Below are positions 17,974 to 28,132 of a DNA stretch of 64,000 bases, piece after piece. Source of the stretch: an uncultured Flavobacteriaceae bacterium. Lineage in GTDB: Bacteria > Bacteroidota > Bacteroidia > Flavobacteriales > Flavobacteriaceae. The position numbers and the translations under genes were made by a program. Under the pieces are notes generated by a model. The model made no database searches and had not been told where the DNA came from. It was given only the letters and a program-made list of their open reading frames with translations. Position 1 is the first letter of the stretch, and every line of letters begins with the position of its first letter. The stretch lies in NCBI GenBank assembly GCA_963741865.1, contig CAVUJP010000002.1:193347-257346 (forward strand). Direction: 5' to 3'.

Positions 17974-20556
17974 ATGACCAGAGAACCCAGATTAGAAAGA
18001 TTCAACAACAACGTACTCGCAAAATACCAGGTTTATAACAGTATTTTTCTTACGCTGCCTTATGATGATATTCGGAAAACGGGGGCATTATTGCCGCTTT
18101 TTCTGGAAATCTGTGAGGCTGGTTTTGAAAAGAATAAAAACCCTTCTGAAATTGTTGAGCGTTTTTTTGACAAATACGGAGAAAATCCTACCGAAGAAGA
18201 AAAGATAGATATGTTATTTCGCTTTATTCAATATATCGAAAGACAGGTAGTCCTATTTGACGCCATTGAAGATGCTTCCTTTCCGGTAGTTCACAATATG
18301 GATGGCCGCGGAACCCTCAGAAGTGTGAAGGAAGAAGCCGAAGCTTCACAAAAAGTAGAAGAATTAAAAGATTTTCTGAAGCATTTTAAGATCAGGCCTA
18401 CACTTACCGCGCACCCTACACAATTCTATCCCGGTTCGGTTTTGGGTATTATCACCGATCTTGATAAGGCAATTCAGAAGAATGACCTGATCAAAATCAA
18501 GCATTTACTGGCCCAGCTGGGAAAAACTCCTTTCTTTAATAAGGAGAAGCCCACTCCGTACGATGAAGCAGTAAGCCTAATCTGGTACTTTGAAAATGTT
18601 TTCTACCAAAGCGCCAGTAAAATCCATAATTATATTCAGCAGAATATGTTTGATGGAGAGGAAATTGGCAATCAGGTGGTCAATCTTGGATTCTGGCCAG
18701 GTGGTGACAGGGATGGTAATCCTTTTGTAACAACCGAGATCACTCTCAAAGTGGCCGAAAGGTTGCGTAAGACCATTCTGCTTAATTACTATAGGGATAT
18801 TCGCAGACTGAAAAGAAGGCTTACTTTCAGGGGAGTTCATGAAATGATGGGAGAGCTGGAGGAAGTTCTCTATGATTCGGCTGTTTCCTCTTCCGGAGAA
18901 ATTAAATTAAGCCGTGAAGAGTTCAGGAGTAAACTGGAGCATATCAGGAGAATACTCCTCACAAAACATCGTTCTTTATTCCTGGATGAAGTGGATGATA
19001 TGCTGAATAAACTCGATTTATTTGGCTACCATTTCGCTACCCTTGACATTCGCCAGGATTCCAGCAAGCATCTTGAAGTTTTAGATGAAATCATTGAATA
19101 TTCTAAAAAACACGATAATGTTTTACCAGCAGATTTTCATGATCGTTCTGAAGAAGAGCAGGTAGAATTGCTCAGCAATGTAAAAGGAAAGATTGATCCC
19201 GAACATCTTGAGGAAGGAATGGGAAGGTCTACGCTTTCTTCAATTTATGCCATGCAGGAAATTCAGAAAAAGAATGGGGAAGAAGGAGCCAACCGCTATA
19301 TTATAAGTAACTGCGGAAGCGTTCAGGGAGTGCTTCAGCCTTTTGCTTTTATGAGAATGACCGGATGGGAAGATCCGAAGGTGGATGTAATTCCACTTTT
19401 TGAAACAGTTCCCGACCTTCAGGAAGCTCACCATGTGATGGAAAAATTATACACCAACCCGGTTTATAAAAAACACCTGGAAAATCGTGGTAACAAACAA
19501 ACCATTATGCTTGGTTTCAGCGATGGAACCAAAGACGGTGGTTACTTGATGGCAAACTGGAGTATCTACAAAGCCAAAGAAACACTGACCAAAGTTTCCC
19601 GGGAATATGGAATTAAAGTGGTCTTTTTTGACGGGCGTGGTGGTCCGCCGGCACGTGGAGGCGGAAAAACTCACCAGTTTTATGCATCTCTGGGCCCAAC
19701 CATCGAAAATGAGGAAATTCAGATCACCGTGCAGGGGCAAACCATAAGTTCCAATTTCGGAACCCGTGATTCCTGTACCTATAATCTTGAGCAGCTGCTG
19801 AGTGCCGGTATTTCTAACGAAATGTTCAGCCAGGGCAAGAATCGGCTGAAAGAAGAAGACAGGAAGACGATGACCGAACTGGCTGAAATAAGCTACCAAA
19901 CCTATACAGATTTCAAGAAACACCCGAAATTCATTCCCTATCTTGAAAAAATGAGTACGCTTAAATATTACGCGAAAACGAATATTGGTAGCCGTCCTTC
20001 GAAAAGAAATAAATCGGCAGAACTTAATTTATCCGACTTAAGGGCTATTCCTTTTGTGGGAAGCTGGAGCCAGTTAAAACAAAATGTTCCAGGTTTCTTC
20101 GGGGTTGGAACAGCGATGGAAAGACTTGAAGAGAAAGGTGAATTTGATCGCGTTAAACAGCTTTATGAGAATTCTGAATTTTTCAAGACCCTGCTGGAAA
20201 ACAGCATGATGAGCCTTACCAAGTCGTTCTTTCCTTTAACTGCTTATATGAAGAATGATGAGGAATTTGGTGAATTTTGGGAGCTTATTCATGAAGAATT
20301 CGAACGTTCCAAAAAAATGTTACTTAAAGTGACCGGCTACAATGACCTGATGCAGAATCAACCTGCGGGGAGAGCAAGTATCCAGGCCAGGGAGCGTATC
20401 GTTCTTCCGCTGCTTACCATTCAGCAACATGCCTTGAGAATGGTGCATGATTTGAGCAAAGATCCATCGAAAGCAGGGGAGAAGCTGGAAGTATATGAAA
20501 AGATGGTAACCCGTTCGCTATATGGAAATATTAACGCAAGTAGAAATTCTGCTTAA
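17974..20556 (+). CDS. ppc: phosphoenolpyruvate carboxylase
   Basis: 860 aa with PEPC signatures TAHPTQ, GFSDGTKDGGY and FDGRGGPPARGGG. Confidence 0.93.
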   Translation: MTREPRLERFNNNVLAKYQVYNSIFLTLPYDDIRKTGALLPLFLEICEAGFEKNKNPSEIVERFFDKYGENPTEEEKIDMLFRFIQYIERQVVLFDAIEDASFPVVHNMDGRGTLRSVKEEAEASQKVEELKDFLKHFKIRPTLTAHPTQFYPGSVLGIITDLDKAIQKNDLIKIKHLLAQLGKTPFFNKEKPTPYDEAVSLIWYFENVFYQSASKIHNYIQQNMFDGEEIGNQVVNLGFWPGGDRDGNPFVTTEITLKVAERLRKTILLNYYRDIRRLKRRLTFRGVHEMMGELEEVLYDSAVSSSGEIKLSREEFRSKLEHIRRILLTKHRSLFLDEVDDMLNKLDLFGYHFATLDIRQDSSKHLEVLDEIIEYSKKHDNVLPADFHDRSEEEQVELLSNVKGKIDPEHLEEGMGRSTLSSIYAMQEIQKKNGEEGANRYIISNCGSVQGVLQPFAFMRMTGWEDPKVDVIPLFETVPDLQEAHHVMEKLYTNPVYKKHLENRGNKQTIMLGFSDGTKDGGYLMANWSIYKAKETLTKVSREYGIKVVFFDGRGGPPARGGGKTHQFYASLGPTIENEEIQITVQGQTISSNFGTRDSCTYNLEQLLSAGISNEMFSQGKNRLKEEDRKTMTELAEISYQTYTDFKKHPKFIPYLEKMSTLKYYAKTNIGSRPSKRNKSAELNLSDLRAIPFVGSWSQLKQNVPGFFGVGTAMERLEEKGEFDRVKQLYENSEFFKTLLENSMMSLTKSFFPLTAYMKNDEEFGEFWELIHEEFERSKKMLLKVTGYNDLMQNQPAGRASIQARERIVLPLLTIQQHALRMVHDLSKDPSKAGEKLEVYEKMVTRSLYGNINASRNSA

Positions 20557-21074
20557 TGAAGAGAAAAGATCTTAAGAAAGATGAAATTGGTGAATTTTAC
20601 TGGCGCTACATCAATCTGATTCCTGAAAATAGGAGTCTGATAGAAACGCTGGAAAAGAATACAGCTGAGACGTGTCAGTTTCTGCAAACACTTCCCACTG
20701 AAAAATGGGCCTATAGCTATGAGGAAGGAAAATGGTCCATCCTGGAAATGGTGCAGCATATTATCGACACCGAAAGGGTCTTTCAATACAGAGCTTTATG
20801 CATTGCCCGGGGAGAGGATAAATCACTCCCCGGCTTTGATCATGACAATTATGTGAAGAATAGTGAAGCTGAAAATAGAATAGGAGATGAGCTGGTAGAA
20901 GAATTCCGGACCCTGAGAAAGTCTGGGATCTGGATGTATAGGAGCTTTGGTGAAAATATGCTAACACGCAAGGGTTTGATGAATGAAAATCCTGCAACGC
21001 CAAGAGCCATTGCCTATGTGATGGCTGGTCATGCCCAACACCACAGGAATATAATCTCCGAAAGATATCTTTGA
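20556..21074 (+). CDS. DinB-family protein
   Basis: 172-aa four-helix-bundle-type sequence with a His triad pattern (MVQHIIDTE ... GHAQHH). TAATG junction couples it to ppc. Confidence 0.7.
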   Translation: MKRKDLKKDEIGEFYWRYINLIPENRSLIETLEKNTAETCQFLQTLPTEKWAYSYEEGKWSILEMVQHIIDTERVFQYRALCIARGEDKSLPGFDHDNYVKNSEAENRIGDELVEEFRTLRKSGIWMYRSFGENMLTRKGLMNENPATPRAIAYVMAGHAQHHRNIISERYL

Positions 21075-22072
21075 TGTGGTCATCGGTAAAAGTTTACTTT
21101 AAACTCTTTAAGAAAGCATATTTCAGCTGGGTAAAGAATGGGGCCTATGCCCGAAGCGCGACCATAGCATATTACGCTTTGTTCTCTCTTCCATCTCTGC
21201 TGATTATTGTGGTGACCATTGCTGGTTATTTCTTCGGCAGAGAGGCCGTTCAGGGCAGGCTAACTGAAGAAATAACCCGCTTTATTGGTTATGATACTGC
21301 TAATGCAGTAGAGGCAATGATTCAAAATGCGGCTCTTTCACAAAATTCCACCTGGGCAATTATATTTGGAATTCTTATGCTCATTTTTGGTGCTACAGGA
21401 GTATTTTTTCAGCTCAAATTTGCCATGAACAACATCTGGAATGTTGCAGCTAAAAAAGCAGATTTTTTGAGATTGGTACTGGATCGTGTTATCTCTCTAG
21501 GAATGGTCTTCGTGCTTGGTTTGCTGCTGCTTATCGCCATGGTTATCTCCACTTTACTGAAGTTACTGGCCGGTAAAATAGATGACTTTTTTCCGAATAT
21601 CACTGGTTTTATGGTACGAGCCGGTAATTTTTTAATTTCTTTTTTTATCATTACCACCTTATTTGCTGCTATTTTTAAATTGTTGCCCGATATTAAAATC
21701 AGGTTGCGAACCACTTATGTTGGCGCTGCTGTTACTACCATTTTATTCCTAATAGGAGAATATATCATCAGTTTTTATTTTGGGCAGAGTCAGCCGGGAT
21801 CGGTTTATGGCGGGGCTTCTTCAATTGTACTGATTTTATTATGGGTCTATTTCACCTGCTTAATTCTGTTTTTCGGTGCGGAATTTACCGTACAGTATGC
21901 CCTTCTGAAAAAGGAAAAAGTAGAACCCAATCGTTTTGGGGAACCTGCTATCTATCAGGAAATGGAAAAGCTGGAACAGCGAAAAATGGAATTGAAAGAT
22001 GAAAAACATATTCTCGATAAACTGAAATCCCACCTGGATTTTACTCAAAAACAGGAGCAGGAAAAAGAGTGA
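21071..22072 (+). CDS. YihY/BrkB (virulence factor BrkB) family membrane protein
   Basis: The N-terminal segment SATIAYYALFSLPSLL and 6 TM helices are typical of the YihY family. The C-terminal tail is coiled-coil and acidic. Confidence 0.85.
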   Translation: MMWSSVKVYFKLFKKAYFSWVKNGAYARSATIAYYALFSLPSLLIIVVTIAGYFFGREAVQGRLTEEITRFIGYDTANAVEAMIQNAALSQNSTWAIIFGILMLIFGATGVFFQLKFAMNNIWNVAAKKADFLRLVLDRVISLGMVFVLGLLLLIAMVISTLLKLLAGKIDDFFPNITGFMVRAGNFLISFFIITTLFAAIFKLLPDIKIRLRTTYVGAAVTTILFLIGEYIISFYFGQSQPGSVYGGASSIVLILLWVYFTCLILFFGAEFTVQYALLKKEKVEPNRFGEPAIYQEMEKLEQRKMELKDEKHILDKLKSHLDFTQKQEQEKE

Positions 22073-22188
22073 TTTTTTTCTGCACTTAATAAAGGTTTAA
22101 CTTAAACCTGTCCAGATTTGGCAAGGCTTTAAAACTAATTCAGTTCATTGATTTTTATCTTTAAAAGAATCAAAAATTGAAATGGATT

Positions 22189-22737
22189 ATGAAAAAGAGA
22201 ATTGCAATTGTAGCTACTAACGGTTTTGAGGAAGTTGAACTTACTTCTCCGAAAAAAGCGATGGAAAATGAAGGTTTTGAAGTGGAAATCGTGAGTCCGC
22301 AGGAAGGAAAAATCAAGGCGTGGGACAAAGATCACTGGAGTGAAGAATATACTGTTGATAAAACAATCGATAAAGTTTCCGCTGAAGATTATAACGCACT
22401 GGTATTACCGGGCGGAGTTCTGAATCCCGATAATCTAAGAACGAATGAAGATGTACTAAAATTCGTTAGGGATTTCTTCAAACAAAGTAAACCTGTAGCG
22501 GCTATTTGTCATGGTGCTTGGACCCTTATTAATGCTGAAGTGGTTGAAGGCAGAACAATGACCTCTTATCACACCCTTCGTAAGGATCTTGAAAACGCCG
22601 GAGCGAATTGGGTAGATAAGGAAGTCGTGGTAGACCAGGCGCTGGTTACGAGTAGAAATCCTGATGATCTTGAGGCTTTTAATGCGAAGGTGATTGAGGA
22701 GATCAAGGAAGGAAAGCATGATCTACAACATGCCTGA
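22189..22737 (+). CDS. DJ-1/PfpI family type 1 glutamine amidotransferase-like protein
   Basis: Nucleophile-elbow motif AAICHGAWTL in a PfpI-like sequence. The ATG at 22189 is preferred over the listed TTG at 22177. Confidence 0.9.
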   Translation: MKKRIAIVATNGFEEVELTSPKKAMENEGFEVEIVSPQEGKIKAWDKDHWSEEYTVDKTIDKVSAEDYNALVLPGGVLNPDNLRTNEDVLKFVRDFFKQSKPVAAICHGAWTLINAEVVEGRTMTSYHTLRKDLENAGANWVDKEVVVDQALVTSRNPDDLEAFNAKVIEEIKEGKHDLQHA

Positions 22738-22760
22738 TTTCAATAAAATCTGATAAAAAA

Positions 22761-22790
22761 AGGAACGCCTGGCGGCGTTCCTTTTTTGTT
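22761..22790. terminator. bidirectional rho-independent terminator
   Basis: AGGAACGCC-TGGC-GGCGTTCCT hairpin flanked by an A-run and a T-run, between convergent genes. Confidence 0.8.
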
Positions 22791-22811
22791 TTTAAATATT
22801 TTGATAAGCTT

Positions 22812-23120
22812 TTACTTATCATGATCGTCTTCTTCTTCGTTTTCATCGTCTTTTTCAGGAAGATCTACGATAGGATCGTTAAATTCTGAATCATCGTAAT
22901 CATCCTCATCGAAATTAGCCATGGTGCTTTCCAGCCTGGTACTAACCTTCACCAGATAAATGGTGTCCTCAGTACGTACTTCTACTGCATCTACAGTCTC
23001 ATTCTTTGCGTTCTTAAAAGAAATGATCTGGTCATCATCATAGCCATCAGGATATTTCTCTACCAGCAGGCTAAGAATTTCTGGAGTAAGCTTTTTGTAA
23101 TCTACGATAATCCTTTTCAT
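22812..23120 (-). CDS. hypothetical acidic protein
   Basis: 102 aa. The C-terminal third is poly-D/E (DEDDYDDSEFNDP...EKDDENEEEDDHDK). No family recognised. Confidence 0.55.
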   Translation of the reverse strand: MKRIIVDYKKLTPEILSLLVEKYPDGYDDDQIISFKNAKNETVDAVEVRTEDTIYLVKVSTRLESTMANFDEDDYDDSEFNDPIVDLPEKDDENEEEDDHDK

Positions 23121-23212
23121 AGTTCGAATGGTTTAGGATGCAATTATAACTAAAAATTCAAATTAGATGCAACTGGAAATAATTTTTATCTAAAAATGTA
23201 AAAAACTTAATT

Positions 23213-24283
23213 TCAATAACCTAAATAATACTCAAAAGCTTCTCTGATTGTTTCCTGCTTTACCTGCTCATCTATCAGCGGTTTTGCTATATCTTCCAGG
23301 AGGACGAAATTGATTTTTCCGTGTGAATTTTTTTTATCGAACTTCATCAGTTCACTAATTTTTTCAACATCCTCAGCATTGAAATCATGGCTGCCATAAA
23401 TGTCTTTTATCACCCTGCTTATATTTTCCAGTTTCTCTGAAGGAAAACCTGCCTGCTTTACAGAAATGAAAGTTTCCAGGATCATCCCTATGGCGATTGC
23501 CTCCCCGTGAAGAAGTTTCTTTTTTTCGGGATGGGTAAGACAATAAGACTCTATTGCATGTCCAAGCGTATGGCCATAATTTAGAGTTTTACGAATATTT
23601 TTCTCCAGCGGATCTTTTTCCACTACCGCAGCCTTTATTGCTACCGATTCTCTGATTATTTCATCCAGCTGAGCGAGGTTAAGACTGCTGAGATTGGAAA
23701 CTTTGTTCCAGTATTTTTCGTCGGCAATCAAGCCGTGTTTCAATATTTCGGCTAGACCACTTCTCATTTCTTCCTTCGGAAGTGTTTGAAGATAGAATGA
23801 ATCGATAATTACCATTTCAGGCTGATTGGTTACGCCAATCTGATTCTTAAGATTTCCCAGATCCACGCCAGTTTTACCCCCAACCGAGGCGTCCACCATA
23901 GAAAGCAGGCTAGTGGGAATATTGATAAACCGAATGCCTCTTTTAAAAGTTGAGGCTACAAAGCCTCCAAGATCGGTCACCACACCGCCGCCGAGGTTCA
24001 ATAGTAAACTTTTCCTGTCGGCATTCAGTTCAGAAAGTGCATTCCAGACTCCTTCACAGGTTTGAAGATTCTTAAATTCTTCCCCGGCCTCGATCTCAAT
24101 AGCTTCTATTTCTTTATTTGTTTCGAGTCTTTGCAAGAAGGCCGCAAGGCAGTGCTCATGAGTATTGCTGTCAACAAGAAGAAACAGGCTGGATATGTCA
24201 TTGTTATTCAGAAACTTATTTAGTTCACCATAGGCTTTTTCAGAATAAAAAACCGGATTCACCAAATCTTTCGAATCGTTCAT
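23213..24283 (-). CDS. aroB: 3-dehydroquinate synthase
   Basis: Gly-rich NAD motif LGGGVVTDLGGFVA, the SMVDASVGGKTGV segment and the His pair (HTLGHAIE) are AroB signatures. Confidence 0.9.
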   Translation of the reverse strand: MNDSKDLVNPVFYSEKAYGELNKFLNNNDISSLFLLVDSNTHEHCLAAFLQRLETNKEIEAIEIEAGEEFKNLQTCEGVWNALSELNADRKSLLLNLGGGVVTDLGGFVASTFKRGIRFINIPTSLLSMVDASVGGKTGVDLGNLKNQIGVTNQPEMVIIDSFYLQTLPKEEMRSGLAEILKHGLIADEKYWNKVSNLSSLNLAQLDEIIRESVAIKAAVVEKDPLEKNIRKTLNYGHTLGHAIESYCLTHPEKKKLLHGEAIAIGMILETFISVKQAGFPSEKLENISRVIKDIYGSHDFNAEDVEKISELMKFDKKNSHGKINFVLLEDIAKPLIDEQVKQETIREAFEYYLGY

Positions 24284-24344
24284 TTTTAGTAGGTTTTCCG
24301 TTATAATTTGAATAGAAAAAAACCAGAATTAGGTTTGCAATTTC

Positions 24345-24352
24345 TATCTTTG
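24345..24352 (+). promoter_or_regulatory. candidate -7 box (TATCTTTG) for proline dehydrogenase
   Basis: Matches TAnnTTTG and lies 20 nt upstream of the ATG at 24372. Confidence 0.35.
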
Positions 24353-24371
24353 TTGTAAGTATAGCACCAAA

Positions 24372-25571
24372 ATGATTAGAAAAAAAATTTTTAATAATAC
24401 AAAGGCCGCATTTAAGTTAAAATCTGATGCGGAACTTGACCGGGCAATCTTCCTTTTTGGAATGGTTAACCGCCCTACTCTCGTAAAAGCAGGGACTTCT
24501 TTAACTAATTTTTCCATAAAATTTCACCTTCCGGTGGAAGGAGTTATCAAAAAAACCATTTTTGAACAATTCTGTGGAGGAATTACCGAAGAAGACTGTA
24601 AGCCCACCACTCGTGAGATGTACAAAGAAAACCTTCACAGCATTCTGGATTATTCGGTGGAAGGGAAATCAACCGAGGCAGAATTTGATGCGGCGATGAA
24701 AAAGAAACTTAGCCTTATCGAATATGCTAATGAACGTCCTGAGATTCCTTTTGCGATGTTTAAGCCCACTGGAATTGGCCGTTTTGAGATATGGGAAAAA
24801 GTGAGTGAAAAGATCAACCTTTCCGAAGAAGAAAAACAGGAATGGGAAAATGTGAAGAAGCGGGTAGATATTCTTTGTAATCGCGCACATGAATTGGAAG
24901 TAAGACTTTATGCCGACGCAGAGGAAACCTGGATGCAGGCGGCCGCTGATGATCTCATGGAAGAAATGATGCGTAAATACAATAAAGAAAAAGCTCTTAT
25001 TTTCAACACGTTACAGTGTTACCGGTGGGATCGTGCCGATTATCTGAAACAATTGCATGAAAAAGCTAAAAAAGAAGGCTTTAAGGTAGGCGTAAAAATT
25101 GTTCGGGGAGCTTATATGGAAAAGGAAAATGCGCGTGCCAAAAAACTTGGATATTCAACTCCAATCTGCGAAAGTAAAGAGGCGACCGATGTAAATTTCA
25201 ACAGCATCCTTTCTTATTGTCTTAATCATCTGGAAGAAATTTCTGTTTTCATTGGAACCCACAATGAGGTAAGCAGTTATCTGGCCTTGCAGATCATCGA
25301 AGACAAAGATCTTTCCCGCGATGACAAGCGTATTTGGTTCAGCCAGCTTTATGGAATGAGTGATCATATTAGTTACAACCTGGCGAGAAAAGGTTATAAC
25401 GCGGCTAAACTGGTGCCTTTCGGACCGGTGAGGGATGTAATTCCCTATCTTTTAAGAAGAGCTCAGGAGAATACTTCGGTAAAAGGGCAGACTGGTAGAG
25501 AACTTTCTCTTCTGCGTGAAGAAAAGAAAAGGCGAAAAGGCCATACTTCCGTAAAGCACGCCAGGGAATAA
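24372..25571 (+). CDS. proline dehydrogenase family protein
   Basis: 399 aa with monofunctional PutA-like motifs (VKIVRGAYMEKE, QLYGMSD, YLLRRAQENTS). Confidence 0.85.
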   Translation: MIRKKIFNNTKAAFKLKSDAELDRAIFLFGMVNRPTLVKAGTSLTNFSIKFHLPVEGVIKKTIFEQFCGGITEEDCKPTTREMYKENLHSILDYSVEGKSTEAEFDAAMKKKLSLIEYANERPEIPFAMFKPTGIGRFEIWEKVSEKINLSEEEKQEWENVKKRVDILCNRAHELEVRLYADAEETWMQAAADDLMEEMMRKYNKEKALIFNTLQCYRWDRADYLKQLHEKAKKEGFKVGVKIVRGAYMEKENARAKKLGYSTPICESKEATDVNFNSILSYCLNHLEEISVFIGTHNEVSSYLALQIIEDKDLSRDDKRIWFSQLYGMSDHISYNLARKGYNAAKLVPFGPVRDVIPYLLRRAQENTSVKGQTGRELSLLREEKKRRKGHTSVKHARE

Positions 25572-25577
25572 GAAATA

Positions 25578-26117
25578 ATGCGCTGGCTGGCAGAATTTAT
25601 TTTCTTTAAAATTTTAGACTGGGATCTGGAAAATCATTTCGATCCCGGCATTAAGAAGTGCATTATTATAGTAGCGCCTCATACCAGCAATTTCGATTTT
25701 TTTATCGGACTTCTGGTTCGAAAAATTCTGAATATTCATATTGATTTTATAGGAAAAAAAGAACTTTTCCGCTGGCCGTATGGCTGGTATTTCAGGATGA
25801 TTGGTGGTTCTCCTGTTGACCGGAGCAAAAATCAGAAAAAGGTAGATGCGATCGCAGAGCTTTTTGAAAAGCATGAAGTTTTTCGTCTGGCTCTTTCTCC
25901 CGAAGGCACCCGCAAAAAAACGGAACGCTGGAAGACCGGCTTTTACTTCATTGCCTTAAAAGCAAAGATTCCAATAATAATGGTGTCTTTTGATTTCCGA
26001 GAAAAGCTGGTGAAAATCTCTAAGCCTTTTTACCCAACCGGCAACTTTGAAGCCGATTTTACCGGAATAAAGGATTACTATGTGGGAGTGGAAGGGAAGG
26101 TGCCCGAAAATTTCTGA
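25578..26117 (+). CDS. 1-acyl-sn-glycerol-3-phosphate acyltransferase family protein
   Basis: Acyltransferase HX4D motif (APHTSNFDFF) and the PEGTR motif (SPEGTRKK). Confidence 0.75.
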   Translation: MRWLAEFIFFKILDWDLENHFDPGIKKCIIIVAPHTSNFDFFIGLLVRKILNIHIDFIGKKELFRWPYGWYFRMIGGSPVDRSKNQKKVDAIAELFEKHEVFRLALSPEGTRKKTERWKTGFYFIALKAKIPIIMVSFDFREKLVKISKPFYPTGNFEADFTGIKDYYVGVEGKVPENF

Positions 26118-26840
26118 TTATTCAGATTCAGTAACTTCCATCGTGTGATAGACATTCTGCACATCGTCATCTTCCTCCAGCTTTTCAAGCAGTTTTTCCA
26201 CATCGGCAGCCTCTTCTTCAGACAGGCTTTTTGTAACCTGCGGAATTCTCTCAAAACCTGAAGAAATGATCTCAATATCTCTGCTTTCCAGCTCTTTCTG
26301 AAGCGCTCCGAAATTCTGAAAAGGAGCATAAATATGAATACCGTCTTCGTCTTCGAAAACTTCCTCGGCACCAAAATCAATCAATTCCAGTTCCAGTTCT
26401 TCAGGTTCGATTCCTTCTTTATTGATATGGAAATTGCAGGTGTGATCGAACATGAATTCCACCGAACCTGAAGTGCCAAGATTGCCATCACACTTATTAA
26501 AATGGGAACGGATATTTGCCACCGTCCTGTTATTATTGTCGGTAGCGGTTTCTACTAAAACAGCAATTCCGTGAGGAGCATAACCTTCAAAAAGTACAAT
26601 TTTATATTCACCCTGGGATTTATCGGAAGCTCTTTTGATAGCTCTCTCGATATTATCTTTAGGCATATTGACGCTCTTCGCGTTCTGGATCACGGCACGC
26701 AGCCTGGAATTAGTGTCGGGATCGGGGCCGCCTTCCTTAACTGCCATTACGATATCTTTTCCAATTCTGGTGAACGCCTTGGCCATAGCCGACCAACGTT
26801 TCATCTTGCGCGCCTTGCGGAATTCAAATGCTCTTCCCAT
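26118..26840 (-). CDS. YebC/PmpR family DNA-binding transcriptional regulator
   Basis: N-terminus MGRAFEFRKARKMKRW..AKAFTRIGKDI is the hallmark of the YebC family. 240 aa. Confidence 0.93.
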   Translation of the reverse strand: MGRAFEFRKARKMKRWSAMAKAFTRIGKDIVMAVKEGGPDPDTNSRLRAVIQNAKSVNMPKDNIERAIKRASDKSQGEYKIVLFEGYAPHGIAVLVETATDNNNRTVANIRSHFNKCDGNLGTSGSVEFMFDHTCNFHINKEGIEPEELELELIDFGAEEVFEDEDGIHIYAPFQNFGALQKELESRDIEIISSGFERIPQVTKSLSEEEAADVEKLLEKLEEDDDVQNVYHTMEVTESE

Positions 26841-26934
26841 TTTTCAGATTATAATTAAGATTGGCAAAAGTATAAAAAAAGCTCCTAATTCAAATACTGA
26901 AATCAGGAGCTCGATCTATAGAATTATTTCCAGT

Positions 26935-27225
26935 TTAACCAGCGGTTTCAATGATATCTTCGATCGTTCTGGCCATTTTAAAATCTTTTTCGGTCACCCC
27001 ATCGGCGTCATGTGTTGAAAGTGATATCTCAAGCTGATTATAAACATTTCCCCAGTTGGGGTGATGCTGTTGCTCCTCGGCTTCAAAAGCAATACGGGTC
27101 ATCACCGTAAAGGCTTCCTTGAAATTCTCAAACTGAAAGGAAGTATGAATGGCTTTCTTTGCATAGGTCCAGCCGTCAAAATCTTTTAGTTTTTCCTGTA
27201 TTTCGTCTTCGCTGAGCTTTTTCAT
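26935..27225 (-). CDS. 4a-hydroxytetrahydrobiopterin dehydratase
   Basis: 96 aa with the PCD motif (AEEQQHHPNW ... LSTHD). Confidence 0.9.
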   Translation of the reverse strand: MKKLSEDEIQEKLKDFDGWTYAKKAIHTSFQFENFKEAFTVMTRIAFEAEEQQHHPNWGNVYNQLEISLSTHDADGVTEKDFKMARTIEDIIETAG

Positions 27226-27312
27226 TGTTTCTGGTTTTTCGATTTAATTAAAAGTAAAAAAATAAGCGCTGGAAGACTGAAAATCAGGAAGTCTTAATAT
27301 AAGATTAACAAG

Positions 27313-28128
27313 CTATGCTTTCGTAGAGGCTTCCACCACCTGGCTAATGGTGATCTCGAGGTTTTTCGGCAGTTTATTATCCTTGGGAAGCACAGCCAGG
27401 AAACGGTCGTAATTTGAATCGTACACGTTTTTGAACAGCGTATTTTCATAACCGAGTTCACGGCAGAGGTCTTCGATAAAATCTTTTTGATGGGTAAGAT
27501 CAGAACTTCCCAGGTGAAAAACTCCCTGCTTTTTCCTGTTGATGATATAGTGGATCTGCTGCGTCACCTTCTGAATTTCGGTGGCGTTGATCACTACATT
27601 CGGAAAAACTTCCACGGGTTCTCCAAGATCGATCAATGTTTTCAATTCCCTGATTCGCGGTGAGCCCTTTCCGAATACCATGGGAAGACGCAGAATATTA
27701 TAATTGTGATTTGGCAAACGCAGCAGCGCGTTTTCTATTTTAATCTTGAACCTGCCGTAAATGCTCTGGCTTAATGTCTTGTCATATTCATAGGAAGGAA
27801 AATTGGTAAACGCATCAAAAACATTCGCAGAACTGAGAAAGATAAGCCTTGTGTTGGTGCGAAGAATGTAGTTGATAATTGAAAAATGAGTGGCCACCTG
27901 GGCGTCAAAATTTCCGCGCAGCGAAGAAATGATCACATCGGGCCGAAGGTTTTCCAGCAGGATCTCCACATTTTCGGTCTCCATATCAAAATGATGAAAC
28001 TGATGATTTTCACGAAAAATTTCCGTTTCGGTGCGATAGGTGCCGTGGGTGTCAAAATAGGAGCATAGCTCTTTATATAAGGCATTGCCTATAAAGCCGC
28101 TAGCTCCTAAAATGAGTATTTTTCTCAA
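27313..28128 (-). CDS. NAD-dependent epimerase/dehydratase (RmlD-like sugar-nucleotide-binding) family protein
   Basis: Rossmann motif MRKILILGASGFIGNAL in a 271-aa protein. Confidence 0.7.
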   Translation of the reverse strand: MRKILILGASGFIGNALYKELCSYFDTHGTYRTETEIFRENHQFHHFDMETENVEILLENLRPDVIISSLRGNFDAQVATHFSIINYILRTNTRLIFLSSANVFDAFTNFPSYEYDKTLSQSIYGRFKIKIENALLRLPNHNYNILRLPMVFGKGSPRIRELKTLIDLGEPVEVFPNVVINATEIQKVTQQIHYIINRKKQGVFHLGSSDLTHQKDFIEDLCRELGYENTLFKNVYDSNYDRFLAVLPKDNKLPKNLEITISQVVEASTKA

Positions 28129-28132
28129 AAAA

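Noticed and set aside
19447-19923. 158-aa minus-strand ORF opposite ppc
   Set aside because: It is a shadow ORF of the conserved PEP carboxylase.
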